Source of the DNA: an uncultured Acidobacteriota bacterium
GTDB lineage: Bacteria; Acidobacteriota; Thermoanaerobaculia; Multivoradales; JAHEKO01
Length of the DNA stretch: 64,000 nt
Direction: 5' to 3'
Assembly: GCA_963713825.1 (NCBI GenBank)
Contig: CAVQNG010000025.1
Coordinates: forward strand, 224,001 to 288,000
Shown here piece by piece: positions 19,687 through 29,761 of this stretch. The translations under genes and the position numbers were made by a program. Under the pieces are notes generated by a model. The model searched no databases, had not been told where the DNA came from, and worked only from the letters and a program-made list of their open reading frames with translations. Positions within the stretch are counted from its first letter, which is position 1, and every line of letters starts with the position of its first letter.

Positions 19687-19780
19687 ACGGGCTGCGGCTT
19701 GGTGGTGACGAAGCTGGTGTCGTAGGAGGCGACGACCGGGCTCGCCAAATCCCGGGGCCGGCGAGGGTAGACTAGCCCGA

Positions 19781-21589
19781 ATGACGCAGACCGCCTTCCC
19801 CGATCTGAGAGCCTTCCTCGAGCACCTGAAGCGAGATGGAGATCTCGCCGTAGTAGAGGCTCCCGTCGATCCTCTTCTCGAAGTGGCAGAGATCCACCGC
19901 AGGGTGATTGCCGCTGATGGTCCAGCCCTACTGTTCACCAACCCCGTAGACTCGGCCTATCCGCTGGCGACGAATCTCTTCGGATCCACCCGCCGAGTGG
20001 AAGCCGCTTTCGGGCGCCAGCCGTTTCGCCTCATCGAGCGTCTCGTTGCGCTCTCCCAGGAGCTGTTGCCGCCGACGCTGTCAGGCCTCTGGGGTGCGAA
20101 GGACGTGGCTTGGGAAGCGCTGCGAATCGGTACCAAGAGAACCGGCCAGGGACCCGTCATGCAAAGGGTGATCCGAGACCCGGATCTGACCCGATTGCCG
20201 GTGATCACGTCCTGGCCCGATGATGGAGGGCCCTTTGTGACCCTGCCATTGGTGTTTACCGAGCACCCAGACGGTGCCGGTCACAATCTGGGGATGTACC
20301 GGATGCAGGTCCACGACCGGCGCTCGACCGGGATGCACTGGCAGATTGGCAAAGGGGGCGGCTTCCACTATTCAGTAGCCGAGGCTCTCCAGCAGCCTCT
20401 CCCGGCAACGGTCTACCTCGGAGGACCACCGGCCTTGATTCTCGCCGCGGTGGCACCGCTGCCAGAGAACGTTCCCGAGCTCATGCTGGCCTCGCTGATC
20501 GCCGGAGAGAAATTGCGCGTTTGTGCGGCACCCGAGGGGGGCAGCCTGCTGGCTGATTGTGAGTTCGCCCTGAGGGGTAGGGTGCCTGCCGACCTGCGCC
20601 GCACAGAGGGCCCGTTCGGTGACCACTATGGTTACTATTCTCTCGCCCACGACTACCCGGTATTCGAAGTCGATTGGATCGCTTGTCGTAAGGATGCGAT
20701 CTATCCCGCGACGGTGGTGGGCAAGCCCCGGCAGGAGGATTTCTTCATCGGGGATCTACTGCAGGAGTTGCTGGCGCCCCTGTTTCCCTTGGTGATGCCG
20801 GGAGTGATCGATCTCTGGTCCTATGGAGAGACCGGCTACCACTCGTTGGCAGCAGCCGTCGTCAAAGAGCGCTACAAGCGTGAGGCCATGGCCAGCGCAT
20901 TTCGGATCCTGGGGGAGAGCCAGCTCTCACTCACGAAGTTTCTGCTGATCACCGACCAGAGAGTGGATCTGAAGGATTTCAAGGCTACTCTCGAGCACGT
21001 CCTGGAGCGCACACGACCCGAGACCGATCTCTTTGTTCTCAGCAATCTCTCGATGGACACGCTGGATTACTCCGGGCCCCGGGTCAACGAAGGCTCGAAG
21101 GGAGTCTTGCTGGGGCTGGGAGAGCCGGTGCGACAACTGCCAGGGGAGTTTCAGGCCGACGTCTTGCCGTCCGGAGTGACCGATGTCCAGGTCTTCTGTC
21201 TGGGCTGTCTGGTCGTCGGCGGTCCTCCGCATGCCGACGAGCCCAAGGCGGGTCAGCGTCTGGCGGCCGAGTCGGTGTTTCGCGATTGGCCCTTGCTCGT
21301 CTTGACGGACGAGCCGTCCCGAGCGGCTGCCAGTGCGATGAACTTCCTGTGGACGACGTTTACCCGTTTCGAGCCGGCCGCCGATATCCATGCCGCCGCC
21401 AGCCGGGTGGAGCGAAACCACGTAACCTACGACCCGCCCATCCTGATCGATGCCCGGCGCAAGGCGGGTTTTCCTGAGGAGCTCTTCTGTTCGCCCGAGA
21501 TCGCCGACAGGGTGACTCGGAGATGGCAGGAGTACTTTCCGCAGGGCAGTATCGAGATGGGTGACTCCGACCGCGGCCACCTGGACTAG
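19781..21589 (+). CDS. ubiD: UbiD-family (prFMN-dependent) decarboxylase, long form
   Basis: NLFGS, NLGMYRMQ, EGPFGDHYGYY and TVVGKPRQED motifs. Confidence 0.88.
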   Translation: MTQTAFPDLRAFLEHLKRDGDLAVVEAPVDPLLEVAEIHRRVIAADGPALLFTNPVDSAYPLATNLFGSTRRVEAAFGRQPFRLIERLVALSQELLPPTLSGLWGAKDVAWEALRIGTKRTGQGPVMQRVIRDPDLTRLPVITSWPDDGGPFVTLPLVFTEHPDGAGHNLGMYRMQVHDRRSTGMHWQIGKGGGFHYSVAEALQQPLPATVYLGGPPALILAAVAPLPENVPELMLASLIAGEKLRVCAAPEGGSLLADCEFALRGRVPADLRRTEGPFGDHYGYYSLAHDYPVFEVDWIACRKDAIYPATVVGKPRQEDFFIGDLLQELLAPLFPLVMPGVIDLWSYGETGYHSLAAAVVKERYKREAMASAFRILGESQLSLTKFLLITDQRVDLKDFKATLEHVLERTRPETDLFVLSNLSMDTLDYSGPRVNEGSKGVLLGLGEPVRQLPGEFQADVLPSGVTDVQVFCLGCLVVGGPPHADEPKAGQRLAAESVFRDWPLLVLTDEPSRAAASAMNFLWTTFTRFEPAADIHAAASRVERNHVTYDPPILIDARRKAGFPEELFCSPEIADRVTRRWQEYFPQGSIEMGDSDRGHLD

Positions 21590-21605
21590 AGGAATCGGAG
21601 GCGAA

Positions 21606-22382
21606 ATGAACTTGGAGCTCGAGGGGAAGGTAGCACTGGTTACGGGTAGCAGTCGGGGCCTGGGTAGAGCCATGGCGCTGAGATTGGCGGCGGAGGGCTG
21701 CGCTCTCGCTCTCTGTGCGCGAGGTGAGAAGGCTCTAGTCGAGGTGGCAGGGGAAGTGCGGGAGATGGGTCGTCCGGTCTACTACCAGCCCTTCGATGTG
21801 ACGGCTGCCGAGAACGTCGATGCTTTCGTCGATCAGGCCGCCAAGGAGCTCGGCGGCCTCGACATCCTGGTCAACAACGTCGGCGGAAATAGGCGGGTGG
21901 CTTTCGCCGATTCCAAGGATCGAGATTGGCAGGAGATTCTCGATGTCAACTTCCATTCCCACGTGAGATTCAGCCGGGCGGCCATACCGCTGATGAGGCA
22001 GCGGTCGTCTGGAGTCATCCTGTTCATCTCCTCGATCTTCGGTCGAGAGGCCGGTGGACCCGGGCTGTCGATTTACAACACCAGCAAATCGGCCCTCATC
22101 AGCTTGGCCAAGATCATGGCGCTAGAGCTCGCCCCGGAGGGCATCAGGGTCAATAGCATCGCCCCGGGCTCGATCCGCTTTCCGGGGGGTAGCTGGGACC
22201 GCCGATGCCAGGAGGATCCGGAGGGCATGGCGAGCTTCATTCGCGACAATCTCCCTTTGGGTCGGTTCGGCACGGCCGAGGAGCTGGCCGATGTGGTGGC
22301 GTTTCTCGCCTCCCCGCGGGCGAGCCTCATCACCGGCGCCTGCCTCAACGCCGATGGTGGTCAGTCGCACTCGCTGATCTAG
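21606..22382 (+). CDS. Short-chain dehydrogenase/reductase (FabG-like)
   Basis: TGSSRGLG, NNVG, YNTSK (YxxxK) and IRVNSIAPG motifs. GGAGG RBS. Confidence 0.9.
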   Translation: MNLELEGKVALVTGSSRGLGRAMALRLAAEGCALALCARGEKALVEVAGEVREMGRPVYYQPFDVTAAENVDAFVDQAAKELGGLDILVNNVGGNRRVAFADSKDRDWQEILDVNFHSHVRFSRAAIPLMRQRSSGVILFISSIFGREAGGPGLSIYNTSKSALISLAKIMALELAPEGIRVNSIAPGSIRFPGGSWDRRCQEDPEGMASFIRDNLPLGRFGTAEELADVVAFLASPRASLITGACLNADGGQSHSLI

Positions 22383-23443
22383 CTGAAGTTGATCAGGTCG
22401 ATGTTGAGCGTGCGAGACAGGCTCGCCGCCGGTCCCCATTGCACCAGAACTGGGCTCTGGTAGGTACCCTGGACGATCGACGGTCCGTCGCCGGTATCGC
22501 TCACCAGGAGACTTACCGAGCGCTTCATACGAAGAAACTTCTGGGCCGGGCCCGCCATGAATCGGGCGATCAGGTGCTCGAAGCGCGACTCGCTGATGCC
22601 GGTGGCATCCAAGACTTCGTTGAGGACTCTGACCAGGTCGTAGGTCGCGTAGTCTCGGGTCTTGCTGAGGACCTTGCGGGGGTCTTTGACGAGGCTGCGC
22701 CCCTGTCGCGCCATGAAGCGCATGGGGTCTCTGAGCACCTCGGCAAGATCGTGCCGCATGAGGAGCGTCTCGTACTCATTGACGGTCAGACCGCTGAGGG
22801 CCTCGTTGGCACCGAGGGAGATGTCGATGCGACCCTTTTCGATGCCATGATTCCGAACCATCTGGCCGATGCACTCGAAGAATCCGATGCTCGGGTCACG
22901 GAGATTCACCGAGTCGATGGGATGTCTGGAAACTGGCACCGCAAACTGGAGGCTGTCGATCGTCTCCTCGCAGTTGTAGGCCAAAGCGGTGGTGCGGCGC
23001 TGGCGCACACCGTGCTCGTGAACCCCGTCCAGGTCGATGAAATGAGCCGCGGTATGGGGGCTGTTGGTGTATGTGACACAGCTTTTGAGTCCCGAGCTGA
23101 TGAAAGCCAGATGAGAATCGGCGTTCTTTGGCTCGGTTTGGCGCTGCTCGTCGCTCAGCTCATTTCTTAGATGCAGCTTGTCGTGCTCGTAGTTGGCGTT
23201 CGGAGGGAAGATCTGTTGGAAGAGATGGAGAATCGACCCCAGCCGGTCTCGGCTGTAGCCGAGTCGGGAACAGAGGCTCTGATCGAGATAGCCCGCAGTG
23301 GTGTGGTGGGAGCAGTAGAGAGTCCTGCGATACTTGGCGAAGACATCTCCGAGCTCTTCGCGAATCCGCTGACTGACATCGATGACATCGAGCCGATCAG
23401 TAGGCTCCAGCACCAAGGTGATCTCGGACGGCGAAATACCCAT
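22379..23443 (-). CDS. YjbQ/UPF0047-family protein with two tandem YjbQ-like halves
   Basis: HTTAG, YEHD and NADSHL in the N-terminal half; GLTVNE and GTYQ in the C-terminal half. Confidence 0.7.
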   Translation of the reverse strand: MGISPSEITLVLEPTDRLDVIDVSQRIREELGDVFAKYRRTLYCSHHTTAGYLDQSLCSRLGYSRDRLGSILHLFQQIFPPNANYEHDKLHLRNELSDEQRQTEPKNADSHLAFISSGLKSCVTYTNSPHTAAHFIDLDGVHEHGVRQRRTTALAYNCEETIDSLQFAVPVSRHPIDSVNLRDPSIGFFECIGQMVRNHGIEKGRIDISLGANEALSGLTVNEYETLLMRHDLAEVLRDPMRFMARQGRSLVKDPRKVLSKTRDYATYDLVRVLNEVLDATGISESRFEHLIARFMAGPAQKFLRMKRSVSLLVSDTGDGPSIVQGTYQSPVLVQWGPAASLSRTLNIDLINFS

Positions 23444-23619
23444 AAGATTCTCCTCGTGGGATCTGAAGCGCGAATTCTATACGTTCGAAAGGGAATCACA
23501 AGGATGGAGCTCGCCACTACCGTCGCATCGAGTCGATCCGGTGTTGGTCGCAAGGGCTGTCGTAGCGGCGTGAATCCTTTTGCCGACAGGTTTCGCGAAC
23601 CATTCTTCGAGAGGACCGA

Positions 23620-24222
23620 ATGAGAGGCGTCGAGCAGATTCCTTGGGCTTACGACGCGTACATGGCGTTGATGGAGGCGGCTGGGTTCCGACACTGGCGC
23701 CACTGGGTGGTCAGGGGGGCCTCGGGTCGGACACTCGATTTGGGATGTGGCACTGGAAGGAATCTGGAGTTGTTCGCGGAGCAGGCGGAGGTGGCGGGAC
23801 TCGAGTTGGATTTGCGAATGGCTCAGAGGGCGAGGCGGAGGGCTCCTGGTCGTCCCTTGGTGGTCGCCAGCGCTGAGAACCTTCCCTTCAGGCCTGGTGC
23901 CTTTGAGACGGTGGTCAGTAGTCTCGTGTTCTGCTCGGTTAGGGAGCCTGACCTGGGCCTGTTGGAAGTGCGTCGAGTCTTGGATGCCGACGGCAAGCTC
24001 CGCATGTTGGAGCATGTTCGCTCGGCGTGGGCCCCGATGGCGAGGCTGCAGGATCTGTTGCAGCCTCTATGGACCCGCGTCTCGGGTGGTTGCCACCCCA
24101 ATCGTGACACCGAGCTCGCGGTCGAGCGGGCCGGCTTCACCATCGATCGCTCGAGTCGGCGAGCCCGCGGCACGATGCGCTGCTTCATCGCCCGACCTGC
24201 GGTGGCTGCTCAGACTCGATAG
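23620..24222 (+). CDS. Class I SAM-dependent methyltransferase
   Basis: LDLGCGTGRN, AENLPF, VFCSV, LEHVRS and GGCHPNRD motifs. Confidence 0.88.
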   Translation: MRGVEQIPWAYDAYMALMEAAGFRHWRHWVVRGASGRTLDLGCGTGRNLELFAEQAEVAGLELDLRMAQRARRRAPGRPLVVASAENLPFRPGAFETVVSSLVFCSVREPDLGLLEVRRVLDADGKLRMLEHVRSAWAPMARLQDLLQPLWTRVSGGCHPNRDTELAVERAGFTIDRSSRRARGTMRCFIARPAVAAQTR

Positions 24223-24496
24223 CGATTCCCGCCACGAAGATCGGCGTCACTTCACCGTCTCGCCGACTCCGTGTCCGGGCCAACCGACTCCAACGGACCG
24301 ATCCGGTGACTCGGAAGCTCATCCAGGGTCGACCCAATCGGAAGGTATAGCGCGCCCCGACACGAAGACTGCTAGTGGTCTCGATCGCCATTCCACCGGG
24401 GCTGAAATTCAGCAGCTCGCCACTGACGGCTCGGTTGTGGATGTGGACTCCCTGAATGACGCGGCGGGGATGACCTCTGCGCTCTTGGATCGACAT
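24185..24496 (-). CDS. PilZ-domain protein
   Basis: ERRGHPR (RxxxR) and NFSPGG (D/NxSxxG) c-di-GMP motifs, plus GSVRW...AGIAI. AAGGAG RBS. Confidence 0.7.
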   Translation of the reverse strand: MSIQERRGHPRRVIQGVHIHNRAVSGELLNFSPGGMAIETTSSLRVGARYTFRLGRPWMSFRVTGSVRWSRLARTRSRRDGEVTPIFVAGIAIESEQPPQVGR

Positions 24497-24666
24497 CGTG
24501 GACTCCTTTGCAGTGATGGTGTGGCGGAAGGGGTGGGGCAGGCCCTTGCGTACCAAGCGATTCTGCCGCTCTATGTGACCTTGACGTGAAAGGCCCCTCC
24601 GACCTTGCGCGCCGCGAGGCCCCGTCGGTCAGGAACTTGTTGGGCGGGGAGATGCAACCGACCCGA

Positions 24667-24675
24667 TGCTAGAAT
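24667..24675 (+). promoter_or_regulatory. Possible extended -10 promoter for ispG
   Basis: TGCTAGAAT (TGn-TAGAAT) about 40 bp upstream of the ispG start. Confidence 0.4.
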
Positions 24676-24712
24676 CGCGCGGCTCATAGCGACGCACGAG
24701 GAGAGAGCCTTG

Positions 24713-25951
24713 GTGAATCGACATCGAACAATAGGTGTCAGCGTTGGATCGATTCAGGTGGGGGCAGGTGCCCCGATCGTTGTCCAGTCGATGACCAACA
24801 CAGACACGGCCGATAGCGACTCGACTTTCCAGCAGTGTCTGGAGTTGGCCGAGGCCGGCTCCGAGTTGGTCCGGATCACGGTCAACACAGCGCAGGCCGC
24901 CGCCGCGGTGCCCGAAATCAGGCGCCGTCTGGACGATGCAGGTTGCGCCGTGCCGTTGATCGGAGACTTCCACTACAACGGCCATGTGCTGTTGACTGAA
25001 TTCCCCGAGTGCGCGGCTGCCCTCGACAAGTTTCGGATCAACCCTGGCAACGTCGGGCACGGCGAGCGCCGGGACGACAACTTCGCCACGATCTGCCACC
25101 TTGCCGCAGAGCTCGACACACCCGTTCGGATCGGAGTGAACGGTGGTTCTCTGAACCAGGAGTTGGTGATGGAGAGCATGCAGAAGAACACCGATCTGGG
25201 ATTGGGGAAGAGCTCGGAGGAGATCCTCAACGACTGCATGATTCTCTCGGCGGTTCAGTCGACTGAGATGGCCCTGGATTGCGGCCTGCGCCGGGATCAG
25301 ATCATCCTCTCCTGCAAGGTTTCGAGGCCCCGGGATCTCATCGCCGTCTATCGCCGCTTGGCCTCAGAAACCGAGCAGCCCCTTCATCTTGGATTGACGG
25401 AGGCCGGCATGGGCATGAAGGGTGTCGTCTGGTCGGCGTCGGCTATGGCGGTGCTGCTCGAGGAGGGCATCGGCGACACGATCCGCATATCCCTGACTCC
25501 AAGACCGGGGGCGGATCGGCGAGAAGAGGTGTACGCCTGCTTGGAGCTCCTTCAGGCTCTCGATCTGCGTCGCTTTGCTCCCAGCATCACCGCCTGCCCG
25601 GGTTGTGGGCGCACGACTTCCACGACCTTCCAGGAGCTGGCCCAGAGAGTGCAGGAGTACGTTCGCGAGAGCATGCCCCAGTGGAAGGAACGCTTCGAAG
25701 GTGTCGAAACCATGACCGTTGCTGTCATGGGCTGCGTGGTCAACGGGCCGGGTGAGTCGAAAGCAGCTAACATTGGCATCAGCTTGCCAGGCACCGGAGA
25801 AGCTCCGCACTGTCCCGTCTACGTCGATGGTCGCCAGTTGACCAGTCTCCAGGGCAACTACTCCGAGCTTTCGGAGGCCTTCCGCCAGATCATCGAAGAC
25901 TATGTTGCAACCAGCTATTCACCCATCGAGCCAGCACGGACCGGGAGCTGA
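24713..25951 (+). CDS. ispG: (E)-4-hydroxy-3-methylbut-2-enyl-diphosphate synthase
   Basis: VQSMTNTDT, RINPGN, RIGVNGGSL, LHLGLTEAG, GIGDTIRISLT, CPGCGRT and MGCVVNGPGE motifs. Confidence 0.97.
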   Translation: MNRHRTIGVSVGSIQVGAGAPIVVQSMTNTDTADSDSTFQQCLELAEAGSELVRITVNTAQAAAAVPEIRRRLDDAGCAVPLIGDFHYNGHVLLTEFPECAAALDKFRINPGNVGHGERRDDNFATICHLAAELDTPVRIGVNGGSLNQELVMESMQKNTDLGLGKSSEEILNDCMILSAVQSTEMALDCGLRRDQIILSCKVSRPRDLIAVYRRLASETEQPLHLGLTEAGMGMKGVVWSASAMAVLLEEGIGDTIRISLTPRPGADRREEVYACLELLQALDLRRFAPSITACPGCGRTTSTTFQELAQRVQEYVRESMPQWKERFEGVETMTVAVMGCVVNGPGESKAANIGISLPGTGEAPHCPVYVDGRQLTSLQGNYSELSEAFRQIIEDYVATSYSPIEPARTGS

Positions 25952-25998
25952 AGGCTTACCCTCGCCTGGATCAGCTCTGCGACCGTTTGGAGGTAGAA

Positions 25999-26496
25999 AT
26001 GCCTGTTTCCTCAGAGGACTATCGAGACGCACTGCGGCACTTCCCGTCTGGAGTCACCATCGTCACCATCAAAGCTGGTGAGGAAGTCCACGGACTGACG
26101 GTCTCGGCCTTTGCGTCCGTCTCTCCCGACCCGCCCCTGATCGGGGTGATGATCGACCATCGCCACCATGCCTACGCGTTGTTGGAGGAAGAGGGCGCGG
26201 TGTTCGCGGTCAATATGCTGCGGGAGGATCAAATCGAGATGTCCAATCGCTTTGCCTGGGTCAAGGACGAGGACCGATTTGCCGCGGGCGCCTGGCAGAA
26301 GGCGGCGACGGGAGCGCCGATCCTGGCGGACGCGCTGGCCTGGCTCGATTGCACAATCCACGGCAGGCGCCCTGCCGGAACGCATACCATCTATCTCGGT
26401 GAGGTGCAGGCGAGTAGTGTGCCGGAGCCCGACGCCAAGCCACTCGTCTACTGGAATCGTGGCTATCGGACGATTCACCAACACGAGGGAGAGTAG
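25999..26496 (+). CDS. Flavin reductase-like (DIM6/NTAB) protein
   Basis: FPSGVTIVT, GLTVSAFASVSPDPP and GTHTIYLGEV motifs. Confidence 0.9.
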   Translation: MPVSSEDYRDALRHFPSGVTIVTIKAGEEVHGLTVSAFASVSPDPPLIGVMIDHRHHAYALLEEEGAVFAVNMLREDQIEMSNRFAWVKDEDRFAAGAWQKAATGAPILADALAWLDCTIHGRRPAGTHTIYLGEVQASSVPEPDAKPLVYWNRGYRTIHQHEGE

Positions 26497-26556
26497 GTCG
26501 GAATCCCGATCGAGGGTTCGGATCCTGTTTCAGGCACCGATCTTGAATGGAAGAGT

Positions 26557-29500
26557 GTGGGTAGCTGGCCTGGGAACCGTAACCCTGCCGCCGACAATGA
26601 GGTCTCAAGTTTGAGCTCTTGCAACAAACCGGGTGAAATATGCCCTGCCGCCGAGAGGCGAAGCTGGGTTCGATACGCACTGCCACTTGCCGTTATGGCA
26701 TGGCTGGTCCTTCCATGGGTGCCTTCAGGTGGAGCTCAGGCGACGGCTGCCATGACCTCGGAGCCATTCGAGATCGAGCTGGAGGCCCTGGACCCGGCAG
26801 GCGAGGTCGTCACAGACCAGGTTGTCGGCCGTGTCGATGCTCTCGTCGATGGCCAGGTCGTGCCCATCTCTCGAGTTGGAGAGACCGGCGATGAATGGCG
26901 AGTGGTGCTGTTGTTCGATCAAGTCCTGACCCGACCCCTGGACTTTGGCAACGCGGCGCTGCAGCTGGCCGAACGCTCCCGGGAGCTGACTCGGTTGGGG
27001 CCCGTCGAAATCATCTTGGCTGGCCGCGAAATGAGGACAGCCCTGCCAGCCACTCGCGATCCAGATGTCCTCGAGCAGGCTCTCCATTGGATCCGGCTGC
27101 GCGAAGAGTCCGACGATCTCCAAGAGGAGCTGCGATGGAGCCTTCTGGAAGACCTGGGCATCGTCAGCGAGGACGGGGATGAAGAGGCCGCAGCTGCAGG
27201 AGTCCGCAGCGAACCGGAGGCAGCAGAGGCCCGGGTTCAGATGGCGCTCCGGGATGAGAGGCAGCTGTTGCGGGAGCATCACGAGCAGTTGCTGCTGTGG
27301 GTCAGTGAAGAGACCGCGCCGGGGCCGAAGGCGATCATCATGGTGGCCAGCGGATATGACCCCAACCCTGACGACTTCTATCGATCGCTCCTGGTGCGTG
27401 AATACGGTGAGCCGACCGCCGCTCGACTGAACCCGGTAGCGGAACGCCCTTCGGCGTCCGAAGTGGCTCAGACATTTGCTGTCTATGGCTGGCTGGCGCT
27501 GCCCTACGTTCCCGATCAACGGTCCAACGAGCTCCTAGAGCCCGAAGAGGGGACTCCTCCGGAGGAGGAAGGAGCGACCAAGGTCGACGTGGTCATGCAG
27601 GATGGCCGCATCGTGGACAAGACGACCATCGGGGTCGATCCACTCAAGTGGCTCAAGGAGCGCCGGGAAAGGGCTCAAAAAGAGGCGGCTGGACCGCCCC
27701 TGATCTTGGACCCGGCCGCACCGCTACAGGCCCTGGTCGAGGCCACCGGCGGAGAGCTGATTCGAGGTAAGTTTCAGCTTTCGGATCTGATTGAGCGCCT
27801 GCCGAAACGCCAACGGTTGGCCCTCGACACAAGCGCCGTCGAAGCCTCCGATCAACAACTTCTGGAGGTTCGACTGGTCACCAGCGGTAGCGACTCGGAG
27901 CCGGCCCTCCGCTATCGGAGATGGCTCTCTGAAGTGACGCCAGAGATAGTGTCACGGACCCGCGCCGAGCGCATTCTCCAAAACGAACTGGAAGAGGGAG
28001 AGCTTCCTGTGGTGGCTGCAGTGCAGCCGAGCGAGGACGGCCAGAGTGCTCGATTGGTGATCCAGAAGGATGTCTATGGCACGGACGATGAAGTCGAATT
28101 CTCTCCTTTGCGGGTTACAGTGGCCGTTTCGAGAGTGGACGAGCGTCCCGAGATCTTCCACGAGGAGCACCAGGGCTGGGAGAGCTTCGGTGACGGCGAG
28201 GAGATGGAGGAATCCGGCCTCGAGGTCGGTCTCGACCGCCAACCGGACGGGCCGGTTGTCGTGCTGGTCGAGGAGTTGGAAACCGGTGCCTGGGGGGCCA
28301 CTTTCGCGTCCTATGTGGAACCTGGAGCCACGATTTCTGTCGCCGAAAGCCTCGATTCGTTGGTCTTGCCCGCTCCCCAGGTGATTCACCTCATGGCGCC
28401 ACGGCAGGGGTTCGCCATGGGCCGTACGGTGATGGAGACCGTCGTTTCGCACAGAGAGGTAGCGTCGGTGGAGTTTCTTCTCGACGGGGAGAGCAAGGTG
28501 GTTCGAGACGCTCCGCCTTTCAGCGCCAGCCTCGACCTCGGACCGCTTCCCCAACCGCGGCGTGTCACGGTCGTAGCACGGGACAGCTCTGGGGCAGAGT
28601 TGGGACGTGACTATCTGGTGGTCAATGAGGGCTCAGGCGTCTTTGGGGTGCGTATCGTCAAGCCCCGACCCGGTGTAGAAGGCGAGCCCGAGCGGCGTTA
28701 TGCCGGGCCGATCGACGTCCATGCCGAGGTGGAGCCACGCCGGGGCCAGGGAATCGACCGAGTCGAGTTCTACTGGGAAGACACGCTGGCGGCGACCCGC
28801 TACGCCCCACCCTTCCGGCAGAGAATCGTCGTGCCTCCGGAGGCGCCCCGAGGTTTCATTCGAGTGGTGGCCTATCTGGAAGATGGCAACAGCTCCGAAG
28901 ACGTGGTCTTCCTCAACAGTCCCGGCTCGAGCGAAAAGCTCCAGGTCAACTTGATGGAGCTCTATGTAGTCGTGACGGATCGCAAGGGCAGGCCGGTGCG
29001 GGAGCTACCCCAGGAGAGATTCCGAGTTTTGGAGGATGGTGTGGCCCAGGAGATCGGAACCTTCAATGACGCCGGTGATTTGCCTTTGACAGTGGGTCTC
29101 GCCATTGACAGCTCGGCTTCGATGTTCGTCAAGCTGCCGGAAGTCCGGTTCGCTGCAGCGGAGTTCCTGCGCGGTCTGGCGACGCGGCGGGATCGAGCCT
29201 TCGTCGTGGGCTTCGGAACGGAGCCGCGCTTGACCCGCAATACGACATCGGATCTGCCGGAAGTCATCAGCTCACTCGACGTCCTGCAACCGGACGGGCA
29301 GACTGGGATCTGGAAGGCCGTCGTCTATTCCCTCGTGCAGCTGCAAGGAGTGCCGGGGAAGAAAGCCCTCATCGTATACACCGATGGTGCCGACGAGGAC
29401 CCCGACTTCGCCTACCGTACAGCATTGCGATTCGCCCGCAAGGTTGGCGTGCCGATTTACGTGATTCTCTCCAACAACGAGATCAATCGCACCAAGGGCA

Positions 29501-29751
29501 AGGGCCTGAGCGTGAGGGGTTTCCTGGAGCGTCTCGAGACTTTGACTACCTCGGTCGGTGGAAAGGTCTTCTTTGCTCGAGTGGGTGAGGACCTGCAGAA
29601 CGTCTATGCCGAGATCGACGAGGAGCTGCGCAGCCAGTATCTCGTGGGCTACTACTCGGAGTACACGGGAGGGGAGGAATGGCGGCAGATCGAGGTTGGA
29701 GTCGAAGGTGGGGGTTTGAACGCACGAACGATTGCAGGGTACTACCGGTGA
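26557..29751 (+). CDS. Exported multidomain VWA protein with Ig-like domains (true start probably between 26611 and 26695)
   Basis: Signal peptide, N-terminal degenerate VWA-like region, two Ig-like segments (...APPF...) and C-terminal VWA with IDSSASM, TDGAD and ELRSQYLVGY. Confidence 0.8.
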   Translation: MGSWPGNRNPAADNEVSSLSSCNKPGEICPAAERRSWVRYALPLAVMAWLVLPWVPSGGAQATAAMTSEPFEIELEALDPAGEVVTDQVVGRVDALVDGQVVPISRVGETGDEWRVVLLFDQVLTRPLDFGNAALQLAERSRELTRLGPVEIILAGREMRTALPATRDPDVLEQALHWIRLREESDDLQEELRWSLLEDLGIVSEDGDEEAAAAGVRSEPEAAEARVQMALRDERQLLREHHEQLLLWVSEETAPGPKAIIMVASGYDPNPDDFYRSLLVREYGEPTAARLNPVAERPSASEVAQTFAVYGWLALPYVPDQRSNELLEPEEGTPPEEEGATKVDVVMQDGRIVDKTTIGVDPLKWLKERRERAQKEAAGPPLILDPAAPLQALVEATGGELIRGKFQLSDLIERLPKRQRLALDTSAVEASDQQLLEVRLVTSGSDSEPALRYRRWLSEVTPEIVSRTRAERILQNELEEGELPVVAAVQPSEDGQSARLVIQKDVYGTDDEVEFSPLRVTVAVSRVDERPEIFHEEHQGWESFGDGEEMEESGLEVGLDRQPDGPVVVLVEELETGAWGATFASYVEPGATISVAESLDSLVLPAPQVIHLMAPRQGFAMGRTVMETVVSHREVASVEFLLDGESKVVRDAPPFSASLDLGPLPQPRRVTVVARDSSGAELGRDYLVVNEGSGVFGVRIVKPRPGVEGEPERRYAGPIDVHAEVEPRRGQGIDRVEFYWEDTLAATRYAPPFRQRIVVPPEAPRGFIRVVAYLEDGNSSEDVVFLNSPGSSEKLQVNLMELYVVVTDRKGRPVRELPQERFRVLEDGVAQEIGTFNDAGDLPLTVGLAIDSSASMFVKLPEVRFAAAEFLRGLATRRDRAFVVGFGTEPRLTRNTTSDLPEVISSLDVLQPDGQTGIWKAVVYSLVQLQGVPGKKALIVYTDGADEDPDFAYRTALRFARKVGVPIYVILSNNEINRTKGKGLSVRGFLERLETLTTSVGGKVFFARVGEDLQNVYAEIDEELRSQYLVGYYSEYTGGEEWRQIEVGVEGGGLNARTIAGYYR

Positions 29752-29761
29752 GGCCAGCCCT

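Noticed and set aside
18628-19941. 437-aa - strand ORF, and similar long antisense ORFs such as 14245-15450, 48761-50113 and 44572-45648
   Set aside because: They shadow well-supported genes on the opposite strand and contain no recognisable domains.
19781-22382. UbiD and SDR as members of the NTT/kinase system
   Set aside because: They are co-directional but look like independent metabolic genes, and the sequence shows no mechanistic link.
23444-23619. Possible riboswitch in the divergent YjbQ/methyltransferase gap
   Set aside because: There is a GGCAAA on the minus strand, but the other c-di-GMP-I or TPP consensus elements are missing.
26497-26550. tRNA-like GGTTCG sequence after the flavin reductase gene
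   Set aside because: I could not build a cloverleaf: there is no acceptor stem, D-arm or anticodon arm.
26583-26654. 12-bp direct repeat CCCTGCCGCCGA, two copies 60 bp apart
   Set aside because: Only two short GC-rich copies, so not CRISPR-like, and plausible by chance.
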